A DNA stretch of 64,000 nt from Candidatus Omnitrophota bacterium (GTDB lineage: Bacteria; Omnitrophota; Gorgyraeia; Gygaellales; Profunditerraquicolaceae): contig JBAZJY010000003.1 of NCBI GenBank assembly GCA_041651115.1, positions 194,524 through 258,523 of the forward strand, written 5' to 3'. This document shows, in pieces, positions 39,809 to 49,459 of the stretch. The notes below the pieces were generated by a model that was not told the origin of the DNA, did not search any database, and saw only the letters and a list, made by a program, of their open reading frames with translations. Each line of letters begins with the position of its first letter. The stretch's first letter is position 1. A program made the position numbers and the translations under genes.

Positions 39809-40975
39809 ATGAAAAAAATATTATTCCTTACAAATTTGCTCCCGGTACCCATGGATACCGGAGGAAAAATCCGGGATTACCATATTGTAGAATATCTTTC
39901 CCGGAAGCATGAGGTATGGTTTGCCGGTTTCAGGGAGAAGAATCTCAAAGAAAACGAGACTTCGCTGCCGTTTATCCCGCGGGAAAGATGCCTTACCACG
40001 GAACCGGAAGACCTTGATATCCGCGCTTTTTTACGTAAGCACGACGTACCTTACTGGTGCCTTGGATATTACTCAGAGAAGATGGAAAAAATACTGGATA
40101 CCGTTATAGAAAAGAACCGCTTCGACTATATCCATATCTCGCACAGCTACATGGCCCAGTATGTCACAAAATACAAAGGTGTCATCGGGTTAGTGGACCA
40201 CCAGAACGTAAAAACCATCCTCTACCATAGTGCCTGTGCAGGAACAAACAACCCCCTGAGAAAAATAAATTATTCCGCCGAATACTATAAATGGTATAAA
40301 TACGAACGGGAGGTACTGCGTAATTTTGAATTCCACCTTGCCTGTTCGCCGGTCGAACAAAAAGCAATAGAAAATTTTGTGCATCGCCCGGTCAGGCTTC
40401 TGCCGTCAGGCGTGGATACTGAACGCTTCTATGAGAAAAAAGGAATGGATACCGGAGCTAATCTGCTTTTTACCGGAAGCTTTGATTATTTTCCCAACCA
40501 TGAAGCAGCCGTATTCTTCTGCAAAAAAATCCTGCCGCTTATCCGTAAGGCTGTCCCGAACGTCGTCTTTCAGGTAGTCGGACGCCAGCCGCGTGAAGCG
40601 CTTGAGAAATTGATCAGAAAAACACCGAATACCTGGTTTTCCTGCAATGTCAGGGATATACGGCCGTTTTATTATCAATCAGCCGTAGCTGTCGTGCCGC
40701 TCTCGGTCGGCGCAGGGACAAGGCTTAAAATACCGGAGGCAATGGCAACCGGCCTTCCGGTAGTCAGTACTTCAAAAGGCTGCGAAGGATTAGGATTGGC
40801 TAATGGAGAAGGGATTATTATTGCCGATGATCCGGCACAATTTGCAGAAGCAGTAATTTCACTGCTGAAAGATAGCAAAGCGCGCGAAGGTTTGAGCCGG
40901 AAAGCCGCAGTAATCAGCAGGGAGCGTTTTTCCTGGAATGAGGTATTGAAACCGCTGGATGCGATCTATCTTTAG
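39809..40975 (+). CDS. Family 4 glycosyltransferase (GT4, GT-B fold)
   Basis: EAMATGLPVVST motif. Confidence 0.8.
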   Translation: MKKILFLTNLLPVPMDTGGKIRDYHIVEYLSRKHEVWFAGFREKNLKENETSLPFIPRERCLTTEPEDLDIRAFLRKHDVPYWCLGYYSEKMEKILDTVIEKNRFDYIHISHSYMAQYVTKYKGVIGLVDHQNVKTILYHSACAGTNNPLRKINYSAEYYKWYKYEREVLRNFEFHLACSPVEQKAIENFVHRPVRLLPSGVDTERFYEKKGMDTGANLLFTGSFDYFPNHEAAVFFCKKILPLIRKAVPNVVFQVVGRQPREALEKLIRKTPNTWFSCNVRDIRPFYYQSAVAVVPLSVGAGTRLKIPEAMATGLPVVSTSKGCEGLGLANGEGIIIADDPAQFAEAVISLLKDSKAREGLSRKAAVISRERFSWNEVLKPLDAIYL

Positions 40976-41470
40976 CTAACGGTAATTGCAAAAAGCCAGC
41001 GGAATGGAAAAATCCAGCCCCTTCAGGTGCGCTATTACTGCCTGTAATTCGTCTTTCTTGGAAGAGCTAACCTTGATCTTTTCGCCTTCGATCTGGGCCT
41101 GAACTTTTACCCCCAGCCCTTTAATGATATTCGTCAGTTCTTTTGCCTTTTCCCGGTCAATACCCATACATATCTCTACTGACTGGCGCAAGTAACCCTC
41201 AAAAGCCTTTTCCGGATCATTAAATTTAAGGGATTTAAGAGAAACCCCTCTTTTAGCCAGCCGGGTGATCAAAATGTCGGTAAGGCTGCGCAATTTGAAG
41301 TCATCATCCGCTACCAATGTGATCTTTTTTTCTTTACGGTCATAGGCAATAGAGGCCTTGCTGTTTTTAAAATCATAGCGTTGGGCCAATTCTTTATTCG
41401 CCTGATTTACCGCATTGTCCACTTCCTGTAAATCTACCTCAGAAACAACATCAAAAGAAAAATTTGCCAT
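40976..41470 (-). CDS. yajQ: YajQ family (UPF0234) nucleotide/c-di-GMP-binding protein
   Basis: 164 aa; typical YajQ sequence. Confidence 0.8.
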   Translation of the reverse strand: MANFSFDVVSEVDLQEVDNAVNQANKELAQRYDFKNSKASIAYDRKEKKITLVADDDFKLRSLTDILITRLAKRGVSLKSLKFNDPEKAFEGYLRQSVEICMGIDREKAKELTNIIKGLGVKVQAQIEGEKIKVSSSKKDELQAVIAHLKGLDFSIPLAFCNYR

Positions 41471-41472
41471 AA

Positions 41473-42477
41473 TTATCCCTCTGAATTTTTTAAATTTACG
41501 GCCTTTTCAATATGCCGCGATATTCTTACTGCCAAAAGGACCAAAATAATCATAATGCCGAATATAAAAATAAGCGAGTCTTTTATGGTATCCGTGAGGA
41601 GTACGCGGAAAATGTACGGGGGCGCACTGAACATAACCAGGAATAATGGACGGTTATCCGATCCCAACGTGATCATTTTTGAAATCGAATAAAAATTGAC
41701 AGGCCGGAATTTTTGTTTCTGGAGCCGGCCTGATAATAAAGCTGCCTTTTCTTCTACGGGAGAATACAACAATTTACCATCATGGGTTAATACACTGGCA
41801 ACATATTCTTTGTATTGCGTATACCCTTTTAGATAAGAAAAATAATCCGTCAAGTCGCAATGCAGGATTACGGCACCGCCAAATCCGCCTACTTCCGGCT
41901 CGGTCTTTGCTATCCCGGCTAAAAAAGTATATGCCCCCTGGTAGGCAAACGGTCCCTCAACAAGGATGGTCCGAGGCCTTGACGACCTTAATTTCCGGAA
42001 CAAGCTATAAATATGCGTATAAAGCGGTTCATCCGGATGAGTAATTAATGAAGTATAGTTTTTTTGTCTTCTGTTACCTGCGGTAATGACCCTTTCCGCG
42101 CCTGCGGGATCAATAAACCGCATTGATAAATAGATGCTTTCTTTTTTTCCGGTAAAATGTAAAAATATCTGTTCGATCCTGGACTTATTTAAGAGCAGGT
42201 CTTCTCTTCTCGAGCTAAGGTAATCGTTGATCGAGGGGCCTATTTCGATCAGCGACAGGTCATCGTTGATCCTGGAGGTATAAGCGCGGTTAAAATAATT
42301 AACGGAGCTCCGTAAGTAAGTCTCAAATTCTCTTTCCACTTCCTGGCGTATGACTCTGCGCTCGTGGATAAAATAAGCTACCAGCGAGCAAGACAATATA
42401 AAAATCCCGACAAAAAGATACGAGATCAATAATCTTTGAAAGATAGATAAGCCCTTTACTTTATTATCCGTCATCAT
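41473..42477 (-). CDS. Membrane protein with two TM helices flanking a periplasmic sensor-like domain; hypothetical
   Basis: 334 aa; TM helices at residues 20-40 and 300-320. Confidence 0.4.
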   Translation of the reverse strand: MMTDNKVKGLSIFQRLLISYLFVGIFILSCSLVAYFIHERRVIRQEVEREFETYLRSSVNYFNRAYTSRINDDLSLIEIGPSINDYLSSRREDLLLNKSRIEQIFLHFTGKKESIYLSMRFIDPAGAERVITAGNRRQKNYTSLITHPDEPLYTHIYSLFRKLRSSRPRTILVEGPFAYQGAYTFLAGIAKTEPEVGGFGGAVILHCDLTDYFSYLKGYTQYKEYVASVLTHDGKLLYSPVEEKAALLSGRLQKQKFRPVNFYSISKMITLGSDNRPLFLVMFSAPPYIFRVLLTDTIKDSLIFIFGIMIILVLLAVRISRHIEKAVNLKNSEG

Positions 42478-42484
42478 TTTTTCT

Positions 42485-43600
42485 TCATGGGTATTTTTCT
42501 AATGCCAACGATTTATCTATGTATTCTTCCACAAAATCTTTGCCCGTCAGGTCTATACCAAGCCTTTTAGCCCTTTCACGGTTTACGATTACCTGCCCTC
42601 TCTCGGGGGCATACACCGGGATATTCGCCGGGTTCTTACCTGCCCGCAATATCTGATCCGCTATCTTCACTGCCTCGTATCCTTGCTTAAAACCGGAATC
42701 ATCAACCACCAAAAGCATGCCTTCCTGCGCGAATTGTTTTTCCTGTGAGCATTCGGGTTTAGCTATATTTTTCAAGTACCATGCCCCGATCTCCAACTGG
42801 TCTATGGATTTACCGTGTTTGTCCCTGATCGTATTATGGTTTAAGACAAAAAAAGCATCTACATTTTTCTGTAAGTCCAATGCCTTCGACTGCCATTCTT
42901 CTAATGAGTCGGTAACAACTGCCCCGATAAGTTTCAGGGGTAGCTTACCGGTACTTGCGAGTTTTTGTAATTCTTTGGCTTTTGTCCTGCCGGTTTCCGA
43001 ATCATCGGCAAGCACCGCAAAAGTAGTTACCCCCGGGATGAGCTTTTTAAGATACTCCAGGCATTCTTTCACGTACCCTGCCTGATAAACGCCGGTAACA
43101 TTATGCCCCGGCCACTCTATTGAATCCAGCAATCCGTATTTCATGGGAAATCCGTTGATTCCCCAAAACACTACCGGAATATCGGTATCAATAAATTGGC
43201 TGCCGATATAGTTAGCCGCATTATCGTCTCCCAAAAAGATCAGGTCGGGCTTGAATTCATTTATTTCATCAATTATGCTGCCGGCTGCATCGGCTATTTC
43301 GCCTGCCTTACTCCGGCGTTTTGTATCCATCCAGGCCCTTTTTATTATTGTACGTTCCGTCTCAATATAATCATTCCTGGTATATTCATCGGCTTGGGCC
43401 TGATTGTCAAAGAATTTAAAATCGATAAGCGCGGCGCAGAAGCCCTTATTGGTGTCTTGCGACCAGAGATATTCCGGGTGATAGCTGCTTACAACGAATA
43501 ACCTTGTTTTTCTCGGCCCTGCGTAACATAAGGAGGAAAGGAAAAGGATCAGGGATAAAGCGCTGATTATGACTTGCTTTTTCATCGGCAATCTCCTCAT
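42485..43600 (-). CDS. Periplasmic substrate-binding-protein-like protein with a signal peptide
   Basis: 371 aa; N-terminal leader MKKQVIISALSLILFLSSLCYA. Confidence 0.45.
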   Translation of the reverse strand: MRRLPMKKQVIISALSLILFLSSLCYAGPRKTRLFVVSSYHPEYLWSQDTNKGFCAALIDFKFFDNQAQADEYTRNDYIETERTIIKRAWMDTKRRSKAGEIADAAGSIIDEINEFKPDLIFLGDDNAANYIGSQFIDTDIPVVFWGINGFPMKYGLLDSIEWPGHNVTGVYQAGYVKECLEYLKKLIPGVTTFAVLADDSETGRTKAKELQKLASTGKLPLKLIGAVVTDSLEEWQSKALDLQKNVDAFFVLNHNTIRDKHGKSIDQLEIGAWYLKNIAKPECSQEKQFAQEGMLLVVDDSGFKQGYEAVKIADQILRAGKNPANIPVYAPERGQVIVNRERAKRLGIDLTGKDFVEEYIDKSLALEKYP

Positions 43601-43655
43601 AGAGACATTTTATCACGATGCCGAAAATAATCCAACAATTTAGGTGGGCAAATAA

Positions 43656-43689
43656 AAAAGCCGAGCTCTTAAGCTCGGCTTTTTTAAAT
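43656..43689 (-). terminator. Rho-independent terminator (aaaaaagccgagct ctta agctcggctttttt) downstream of the PEP-CTERM gene
   Basis: Perfect 10-bp stem flanked by an A-run and a T-run. Confidence 0.75.
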
Positions 43690-43704
43690 ATGCTTTTCTG
43701 AAAA

Positions 43705-44445
43705 TCAGGCGGTTTTTCTGCGAAATTTACGTGACACTAGTCCGGCTAGCCCCATACCCAATAGAACTACGGATCCGGGTTCCGGTGTCGCCACCGGGAT
43801 GAGGTCACCGTTTACAGAAATATTACCGACCAGGGGATACCGGCTGTTACCGTCTCCAGAATTATACCAGAATGCCAGCCATAAATCATCCTCATTACCC
43901 GGCAATGAATACGTTGAATAAAGCCAGGGAGCGGCGGCAGTCTTACTGCTAAGCAACGTCGTCCAATTGCTCCAACTTGCAGCCCCTGTAGTTAAATCAA
44001 TTGTCCTGTCGGAGGCAAACCCGCTGATATCTCCTATAAAATATCCCACTTTAAGTCTTTCGGAAGAAAGAGGCAAATAGGCCCTCCAGTTAAAAGACAA
44101 TGTCACATTTTCATAACCGGCGGTTGACGCATTGATTAAAATTCCCGCGTCATCTTTGAATCGCACATTGGTCGCATTTGCGCCAAGGCTAGAGTTGGGC
44201 GGGCTTGTAAAGATATCGCTGGCAATAGTCCCACTACCGGGCGCGAAACGGACGCCGTACCAATTATTATCCGCCCCTGTTCCGCTTATCGTAGGAACTC
44301 CGTATATGGTAGTTGCTACTGTATTAAAATCTTCCTGAAAAATTATTACGGCATGCGCGTTCGTAGTTACGCTTAAAACTGCGAACAAAAGAAAAGTAAA
44401 GATTAATATCCGCTTCATCCCTTGCCCTCCTTTTTCATGTGTCAT
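43705..44445 (-). CDS. PEP-CTERM domain protein (the start is likely at 44418, MKRILIF...)
   Basis: C-terminal VATPEPGSVVLLGMGLAGLVSRKFRRKTA, i.e. a PEP motif followed by a TM helix and a basic tail; N-terminal signal peptide. Confidence 0.8.
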   Translation of the reverse strand: MTHEKGGQGMKRILIFTFLLFAVLSVTTNAHAVIIFQEDFNTVATTIYGVPTISGTGADNNWYGVRFAPGSGTIASDIFTSPPNSSLGANATNVRFKDDAGILINASTAGYENVTLSFNWRAYLPLSSERLKVGYFIGDISGFASDRTIDLTTGAASWSNWTTLLSSKTAAAPWLYSTYSLPGNEDDLWLAFWYNSGDGNSRYPLVGNISVNGDLIPVATPEPGSVVLLGMGLAGLVSRKFRRKTA

Positions 44446-44625
44446 AATTATCTACTCCACCTATCTTTATAATTAGCAAATTTCATGCCAAAATATATAT
44501 TATATTTACAATTTTTATAACTACTTGTAATTTAATGAGATACTAAGATCACCCGCTGCCTGATGTTGTTTTATTTTTTAAACAATTGCCTATTTATTGC
44601 AACATACAGCTAAAAAATAAACATA

Positions 44626-44676
44626 ATTTACCAATAAAAAACAAATGCCCCACCTAAATGGTAGGGCACTGTTTCT
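44626..44676 (-). terminator. Imperfect hairpin followed by a T-run after tRNA-Ser(GGA)
   Basis: In minus orientation: gtgccctaccatttaggtggggcat ttgtttttt. Confidence 0.4.
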
Positions 44677-44680
44677 TAAC

Positions 44681-44768
44681 TGGCGGAGAGACAGGGATTC
44701 GAACCCTGGTACCCTTGCGGGTAACGCGCTCTCCAAGCGCGCGCGATCGACCGCTCTGCCATCTCTCC
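44681..44768 (-). tRNA. tRNA-Ser (anticodon GGA), class II
   Basis: Acceptor GGAGAGA/TCTCTCC with discriminator G and CCA; anticodon stem CGCGC/GCGCG with loop TTGGAGA; long variable arm. Confidence 0.8.
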
Positions 44769-44775
44769 AAAATTA

Positions 44776-45267
44776 CTAAGGAATCTTTTTTAAATCTAAG
44801 GGAATCTCTTTCCTCTTATGCTCTATGAAATTGCTATCCGGATAATTAAGGAATTTTCCGGAAAACGAAATCAGGAGCATGATCAGAAAAAAACGCATAT
44901 TGCCGGTGGACAGGAAAACAAATACCCCGATTACCCCTATCACGTCCAGCATACTCATCGTAAGTATTGTAACAAATAATATCCCGCGGTAAAAGGTTTC
45001 CGTAGAAGAAACCCTTGCCTTTTGTATTTCCCAAAGCCTTTCCCTTACCGCGTGCGCCGAAGCTGCGATCAATAGCGCGGGAATAATAAGCCAGTAAAGA
45101 TTGCTGCCGAAAATGATCTCCGGGCGATGCTGCATCCTGGGATGGCTGAAAAAATACACGAGTGAGAATAAGCCATAAACGAATGAATCAAAGATCAGGG
45201 CAAAACTGACCATCCTCACGACTCTTTGCAGCCCTTTTAAAGTGACGGTATTTTGCGAATCTTGCAT
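44776..45267 (-). CDS. Hypothetical membrane protein
   Basis: 163 aa with 4 TM helices. Confidence 0.4.
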   Translation of the reverse strand: MQDSQNTVTLKGLQRVVRMVSFALIFDSFVYGLFSLVYFFSHPRMQHRPEIIFGSNLYWLIIPALLIAASAHAVRERLWEIQKARVSSTETFYRGILFVTILTMSMLDVIGVIGVFVFLSTGNMRFFLIMLLISFSGKFLNYPDSNFIEHKRKEIPLDLKKIP

Positions 45268-45288
45268 GCTTTAGCAATTTAAGGAGCA

Positions 45289-45378
45289 TGGCGGAGAGTG
45301 GAGGATTTGAACCTCCGGTCGTCTTACGACGACAACGGTTTTCGAGACCGCCGCATTCAACCGCTCTGCCAACTCTCC
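45289..45378 (-). tRNA. tRNA-Ser (anticodon CGA), class II
   Basis: Acceptor GGAGAGT/ACTCTCC with G and CCA; anticodon loop CTCGAAA; variable arm GTTGTCGTCGTAAGACGACCGG. Confidence 0.75.
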
Positions 45379-46511
45379 ACTTTTTTCATGTGGCTAAAAA
45401 CCGGATCAAAGTTTTCAAACATCATAAACCTGTGATGAAGTTTGAAAAACGGCTCCAATAACCGGCTCACCGGCTTGGTATAAACAAAAAGCGGCAGGAA
45501 ATTGAAGCCAAGCCTGCGCTTTATTTCATAGCTGGACTGCCCTATTTCATAGGTCTTCATTTTATTGGCAATGCACCAATTTAACAGATCGCGGAACCTG
45601 ACTAAATAAAGATTGTATTCGTGGGCAACGGAATAATCAAAGCCAAGATAATAATCCACAAAATAATCCCCCGAAATAAGGCAAAGCGCAAAGCTGACTA
45701 TCCTGCCTTCAAGGCGCCAAAGAAAAAGCTTAGCCTCGTTGGGCATATTGCCAAACACCGTCTTAAAAAAAGATTCCGGCAGTATCTCAAACTCCACATC
45801 TGACTGCCGCGCGGTTTGCAGATAAAGGCCATGGATGATCTTATTGGTCGCGTCATCAAGAGAATCCGCTATTTCCATAGAGACAGACGGATTATTGCTA
45901 ATCTTCTTAAACTTCCTGCGGAAGCCCTCACGCGAAGAACTGCTTAAGGTTTTCAGGTAACCTTCAAAGCTGTCAAAATTAATATCTATGGCCATAGAAG
46001 GCAGACTTTTAGAACGCAGGAAACCGTGCTTAGAAAGCAGCGGGCCAAAAAGTTCGGCATTTGAAGGCTTGAAGTCCTTAAACACGAGTATGGCGGATTT
46101 GCTGTCCTTGGCGATCTTAAGCATACCCGCATAAATCGCCTCAAACACCTGCTCCAGGTCTGCCTTAAAACCTATCCTGGCCTGGCCCATCGGCAGGCCG
46201 CAAAAAAGCGTCTTCATACTCAAAAAACCCGGGAATACCTTCTTTAGCGCATCGGTCACCCGGCGGAAGATCCCGCGAAAAGCCATATCAACATGAAAAT
46301 CCATAAGGAAAAAAGTGGCTATCCCGACAAGCTTATCCAAATCATAAACAAGACAGTAATAGAATGAAAATTGATCAAATCCCGACTCATCCAGAGACTT
46401 ATAAAAAGAATAGCTCTCAACCGCTTCGGGAAATACCGCCTTCCATTGGTCAAAGGGTATGTCTTCTATCTTTCTTACGATCTTAGTCTGTAAAGAAGCT
46501 CCGGAAACCAT
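45357..46511 (-). CDS. FemAB-like/GNAT-fold acyltransferase of the PEP-CTERM-system-associated type (start probably ATG 46511; its C-terminus overlaps tRNA-Ser by about 20 nt)
   Basis: About 384 aa; FemAB-like profile; its context is about 0.9 kb from the PEP-CTERM gene. Confidence 0.45.
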   Translation of the reverse strand: MVSGASLQTKIVRKIEDIPFDQWKAVFPEAVESYSFYKSLDESGFDQFSFYYCLVYDLDKLVGIATFFLMDFHVDMAFRGIFRRVTDALKKVFPGFLSMKTLFCGLPMGQARIGFKADLEQVFEAIYAGMLKIAKDSKSAILVFKDFKPSNAELFGPLLSKHGFLRSKSLPSMAIDINFDSFEGYLKTLSSSSREGFRRKFKKISNNPSVSMEIADSLDDATNKIIHGLYLQTARQSDVEFEILPESFFKTVFGNMPNEAKLFLWRLEGRIVSFALCLISGDYFVDYYLGFDYSVAHEYNLYLVRFRDLLNWCIANKMKTYEIGQSSYEIKRRLGFNFLPLFVYTKPVSRLLEPFFKLHHRFMMFENFDPVFSHMKKVESWQSG

Positions 46512-46513
46512 AT

Positions 46514-46894
46514 TTATCCCCTGCCCACCATAATTATGCCTAATACAATAGAAATGATCCCGAACCAACGTACCCGGGTAATGCGTTCCTTTAAAATAAA
46601 CATTGAAGCAAGAGTGATAAATATATAACGCATGCTGTCCAGGCAGTAAGCTAGATTAAGCTCTGCCTTTGAAAGCACGAATAACCATATAACTAAAGAA
46701 AACGAGCTGAAAACGAAACCCGCCCATACGCGGGTGGATGTTATAAGGCGCTTGATAAAACGCAGGATATTCCTTAATGAATCCGGGCTTAAATCAAAGG
46801 AATTGACCGCGGTTTTTAAAAAAAGCTGGCTTGTCGTATCACAAAGATCAGTCAGGACAATCAGCGGGAATACCAGCATGAACATTTGATTCAT
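46514..46894 (-). CDS. Small 4-TM EamA/SMR-like transporter subunit (ArnE/ArnF-like lipid-linked sugar flippase half)
   Basis: 127 aa from ATG 46894 (MNQMFML); ATGA overlap with the upstream paralog. Confidence 0.5.
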   Translation of the reverse strand: MNQMFMLVFPLIVLTDLCDTTSQLFLKTAVNSFDLSPDSLRNILRFIKRLITSTRVWAGFVFSSFSLVIWLFVLSKAELNLAYCLDSMRYIFITLASMFILKERITRVRWFGIISIVLGIIMVGRG

Positions 46895-47301
46895 GCGGCT
46901 GCCTCTCTCGCCTGTTTGCTGCTCAAAGAAACCAGGATTACCCCGAGAATAATAAAGAATATCCCGAGCCAGCGCGTGGGCGCGATAACTTCGTGAAAGA
47001 AGATTACCGAAACCAGCGGTATGGTTATATAACTGAAGCTGGCTACCGGCACCGCAACGCTTAAATCGATCCTGGAGATCACCCCCGACCAGATCACAAA
47101 CAGGGTAAACACAGTGAAAAGCCCCAGCCATAAAAACGGTGTACTTAAGATCCCGATTATGAATACCGGGACATTTAACGGCTCCTGTATGGTTTGCGCC
47201 AAAGCAGCCTTCTTAAAGCAAAACTGGACAATCGTTTCCAGGAGATCCGTGGATAACAATAGAAGAAAAAGGCCGAATGTAAGATGGCGCTTCTTATGCA
47301 T
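46891..47301 (-). CDS. Small 4-TM EamA/SMR-like transporter subunit (ArnE/ArnF-like), paralog of 46514..46894
   Basis: 136 aa with 4 TM helices. Confidence 0.5.
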   Translation of the reverse strand: MHKKRHLTFGLFLLLLSTDLLETIVQFCFKKAALAQTIQEPLNVPVFIIGILSTPFLWLGLFTVFTLFVIWSGVISRIDLSVAVPVASFSYITIPLVSVIFFHEVIAPTRWLGIFFIILGVILVSLSSKQAREAAA

Positions 47302-47371
47302 GATTAGATGATGAAGATAAACGGTGGAGCTGGGATTCGTACCGCACCTTTTTTAAGCTATGTAAGTTATT

Positions 47372-47458
47372 ACGGAGGAGGAAGGATTCGAACCCTCGGA
47401 GACTTTACAGCCTCAACGGTTTTCAAGACCGCCGCATTCGACCGCTCTGCCACTCCTC
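47372..47458 (-). tRNA. tRNA-Ser (anticodon TGA), class II
   Basis: Acceptor GGAGGAG/CTCCTCC with discriminator G; anticodon loop CTTGAAA; T-loop TTCGAAT. Confidence 0.8.
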
Positions 47459-47471
47459 CATAAATCCTGAC

Positions 47472-48158
47472 TTAAGCCTTAACGCTAAAAAGCTGGTTAA
47501 ATACTCCGATAATTATGCCTCTGCCGATCTGATAAGCCTGATTGGAAAGGCTGACAAAGGAGAATTTTTCAAAACTCAAGCTCAAAAAGAACGAAAGTAT
47601 AAGAATACTGGTTATATAAACGAAGGAAAAACCAAAAATATAATTGCCTTTAAGGAAATCGCCTTTTTTGGAGCGCAGGGTCTTGGCGCTGAAAACAAGG
47701 TGCAAGCTTAAAGTAAACCCAAAAAGGAAAACAAAATTATTGGTTAAATCCGCGGATTTGGCTACCGAGGCAATGATCAGGTAGAGCACACCGAGAAGGA
47801 TCGTATAGATCGGCAGCAGATACGGCGCTACTTTGACCAGCGGCCTGAAGAAACTGAAAACCCATTCCAATATCTTATGGCCGCGGGTATAAATTGATAA
47901 CGGCTCACAGATAAATAAATAAACGAGCAAGAAACTGATCGCGCCTGACCAGAAAAAAGTTTGCCCTGTAGAAGTAACGCCGTTAAACTGTTTGAGAAAA
48001 GCTACTGTACTGCCGTAAACAAACGGCAGCAGGAATACCCCAAAAAGGAACTTGGTAAAGCTAAAAAGCCAGCTCAAAAATCCGGAGAATTTGGATTTTG
48101 CTTCGGCAACAACGTTACCGCCCAAACCGGGTTTAGGGAATTCTTTCTCTTCCATCAA
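47472..48158 (-). CDS. Hypothetical polytopic membrane protein
   Basis: 228 aa with 6 TM helices. Confidence 0.4.
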   Translation of the reverse strand: MMEEKEFPKPGLGGNVVAEAKSKFSGFLSWLFSFTKFLFGVFLLPFVYGSTVAFLKQFNGVTSTGQTFFWSGAISFLLVYLFICEPLSIYTRGHKILEWVFSFFRPLVKVAPYLLPIYTILLGVLYLIIASVAKSADLTNNFVFLFGFTLSLHLVFSAKTLRSKKGDFLKGNYIFGFSFVYITSILILSFFLSLSFEKFSFVSLSNQAYQIGRGIIIGVFNQLFSVKA

Positions 48159-49401
48159 AGTATGGTCTTAGTGCTTCTGGGATGATTATTGAGCCGTCTT
48201 TTTGCTGATAGTTCTCCAATATCGCGATCACTGTCCTTGCCATTGCCACTCCGGAACCGTTTAGCGTATGCACAAATTCCAGCTTCTTGGCCCCTTTATT
48301 GCGAAATTTGATATTTGCCCGGCGGGCCTGGAATGCCTCAAAGTTGCTGCAACTAGAAACCTCAAGCCACTTATCCGCTCCGGGAGCGTAAGCTTCAATA
48401 TCATAACATTTGGCAGCGGCAAAGCTGATATCGCCGGTAGAAAGCATGACTACCCGGTATGGCAGGCCCAAAAGTTGTAAAACAGTTTCGGCATTATTCA
48501 ATAGTTTTTCCAATTCATCGTAGGAGTTTTCAGGCTTAACGAATTTAACCAACTCCACCTTATCAAACTGGTGCACGCGGGTTAGGCCTTTCGTATCCTT
48601 GCCGTAAGAGCCTGCCTCCCTGCGGAAACAAGCGCTGTAAGCAGCATAGCAAACCGGAAGCTGTTCTTCTTCTAATATATCATCCCGGAAAATATTGGTT
48701 ACCGGAACTTCTGCCGTAGGGATAAGGAACAAATCGTCGTCCTTGAGCCGATACATGTCTTCTTCCAATTTAGGAAGCTGGCCTGTGCCGGTCATTGAGG
48801 CACGATTAACCAAAAACGGCGGGAATACTTCTGTGTAGCCGTGTTTTTTAGTATGCAGATCAAGCATAAAATTGATCAATGCGCGCTCTAATCTGGCGCC
48901 ATAGCCTTTATAGAGGATAAAATTAGAGCCGGTGATCTTGGTGGCCCGGGGAAAATCAATAATATCAAGATTTTGACAGATTTCAAAATGACTTAAGGGC
49001 TTAAAATCAAATTTCTTCTGCTCGCCCCAGGTGCGTACGACTTTATTATTTGTCGGATGGCCTACGGGTATTGAGGCATGCGGGATATTCGGTATGGTCA
49101 GCAGGATGTTATTCAATTCCGGCTCAATGGCGCGCACCTCTTCCTCCAACTTGCTGATCCGGCCGGAGATCTCTTTCATTGAAGAGATCTTTTCTTTGGC
49201 GTCCTTTTTCTCTTTCAGTAATGCGCTGATCTCATTGTTGGACTTATTTTGCTGCGCCCTTAACTCTTCAAGCTCAAGCATTGCCTTGCGTCTTGTATTG
49301 TCGAGCTTGATAAAGACGCTCAAATCAAGTTTTAAGTTGCGGTCAACAAGCGATTTTTTTACTAAGTCAATGTTGTCTCTGATAAACCTGATGTCTAACA
49401 T
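48133..49401 (-). CDS. serS: Seryl-tRNA synthetase
   Basis: 422 aa; N-terminal coiled coil followed by a class II aaRS core. Confidence 0.9.
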   Translation of the reverse strand: MLDIRFIRDNIDLVKKSLVDRNLKLDLSVFIKLDNTRRKAMLELEELRAQQNKSNNEISALLKEKKDAKEKISSMKEISGRISKLEEEVRAIEPELNNILLTIPNIPHASIPVGHPTNNKVVRTWGEQKKFDFKPLSHFEICQNLDIIDFPRATKITGSNFILYKGYGARLERALINFMLDLHTKKHGYTEVFPPFLVNRASMTGTGQLPKLEEDMYRLKDDDLFLIPTAEVPVTNIFRDDILEEEQLPVCYAAYSACFRREAGSYGKDTKGLTRVHQFDKVELVKFVKPENSYDELEKLLNNAETVLQLLGLPYRVVMLSTGDISFAAAKCYDIEAYAPGADKWLEVSSCSNFEAFQARRANIKFRNKGAKKLEFVHTLNGSGVAMARTVIAILENYQQKDGSIIIPEALRPYFDGRERIP

Positions 49402-49459
49402 AGTTATCCTTTAATAACTCCTACCGGCCTTCCCTACTCGCTTCGCTCGCGGGACTTCC

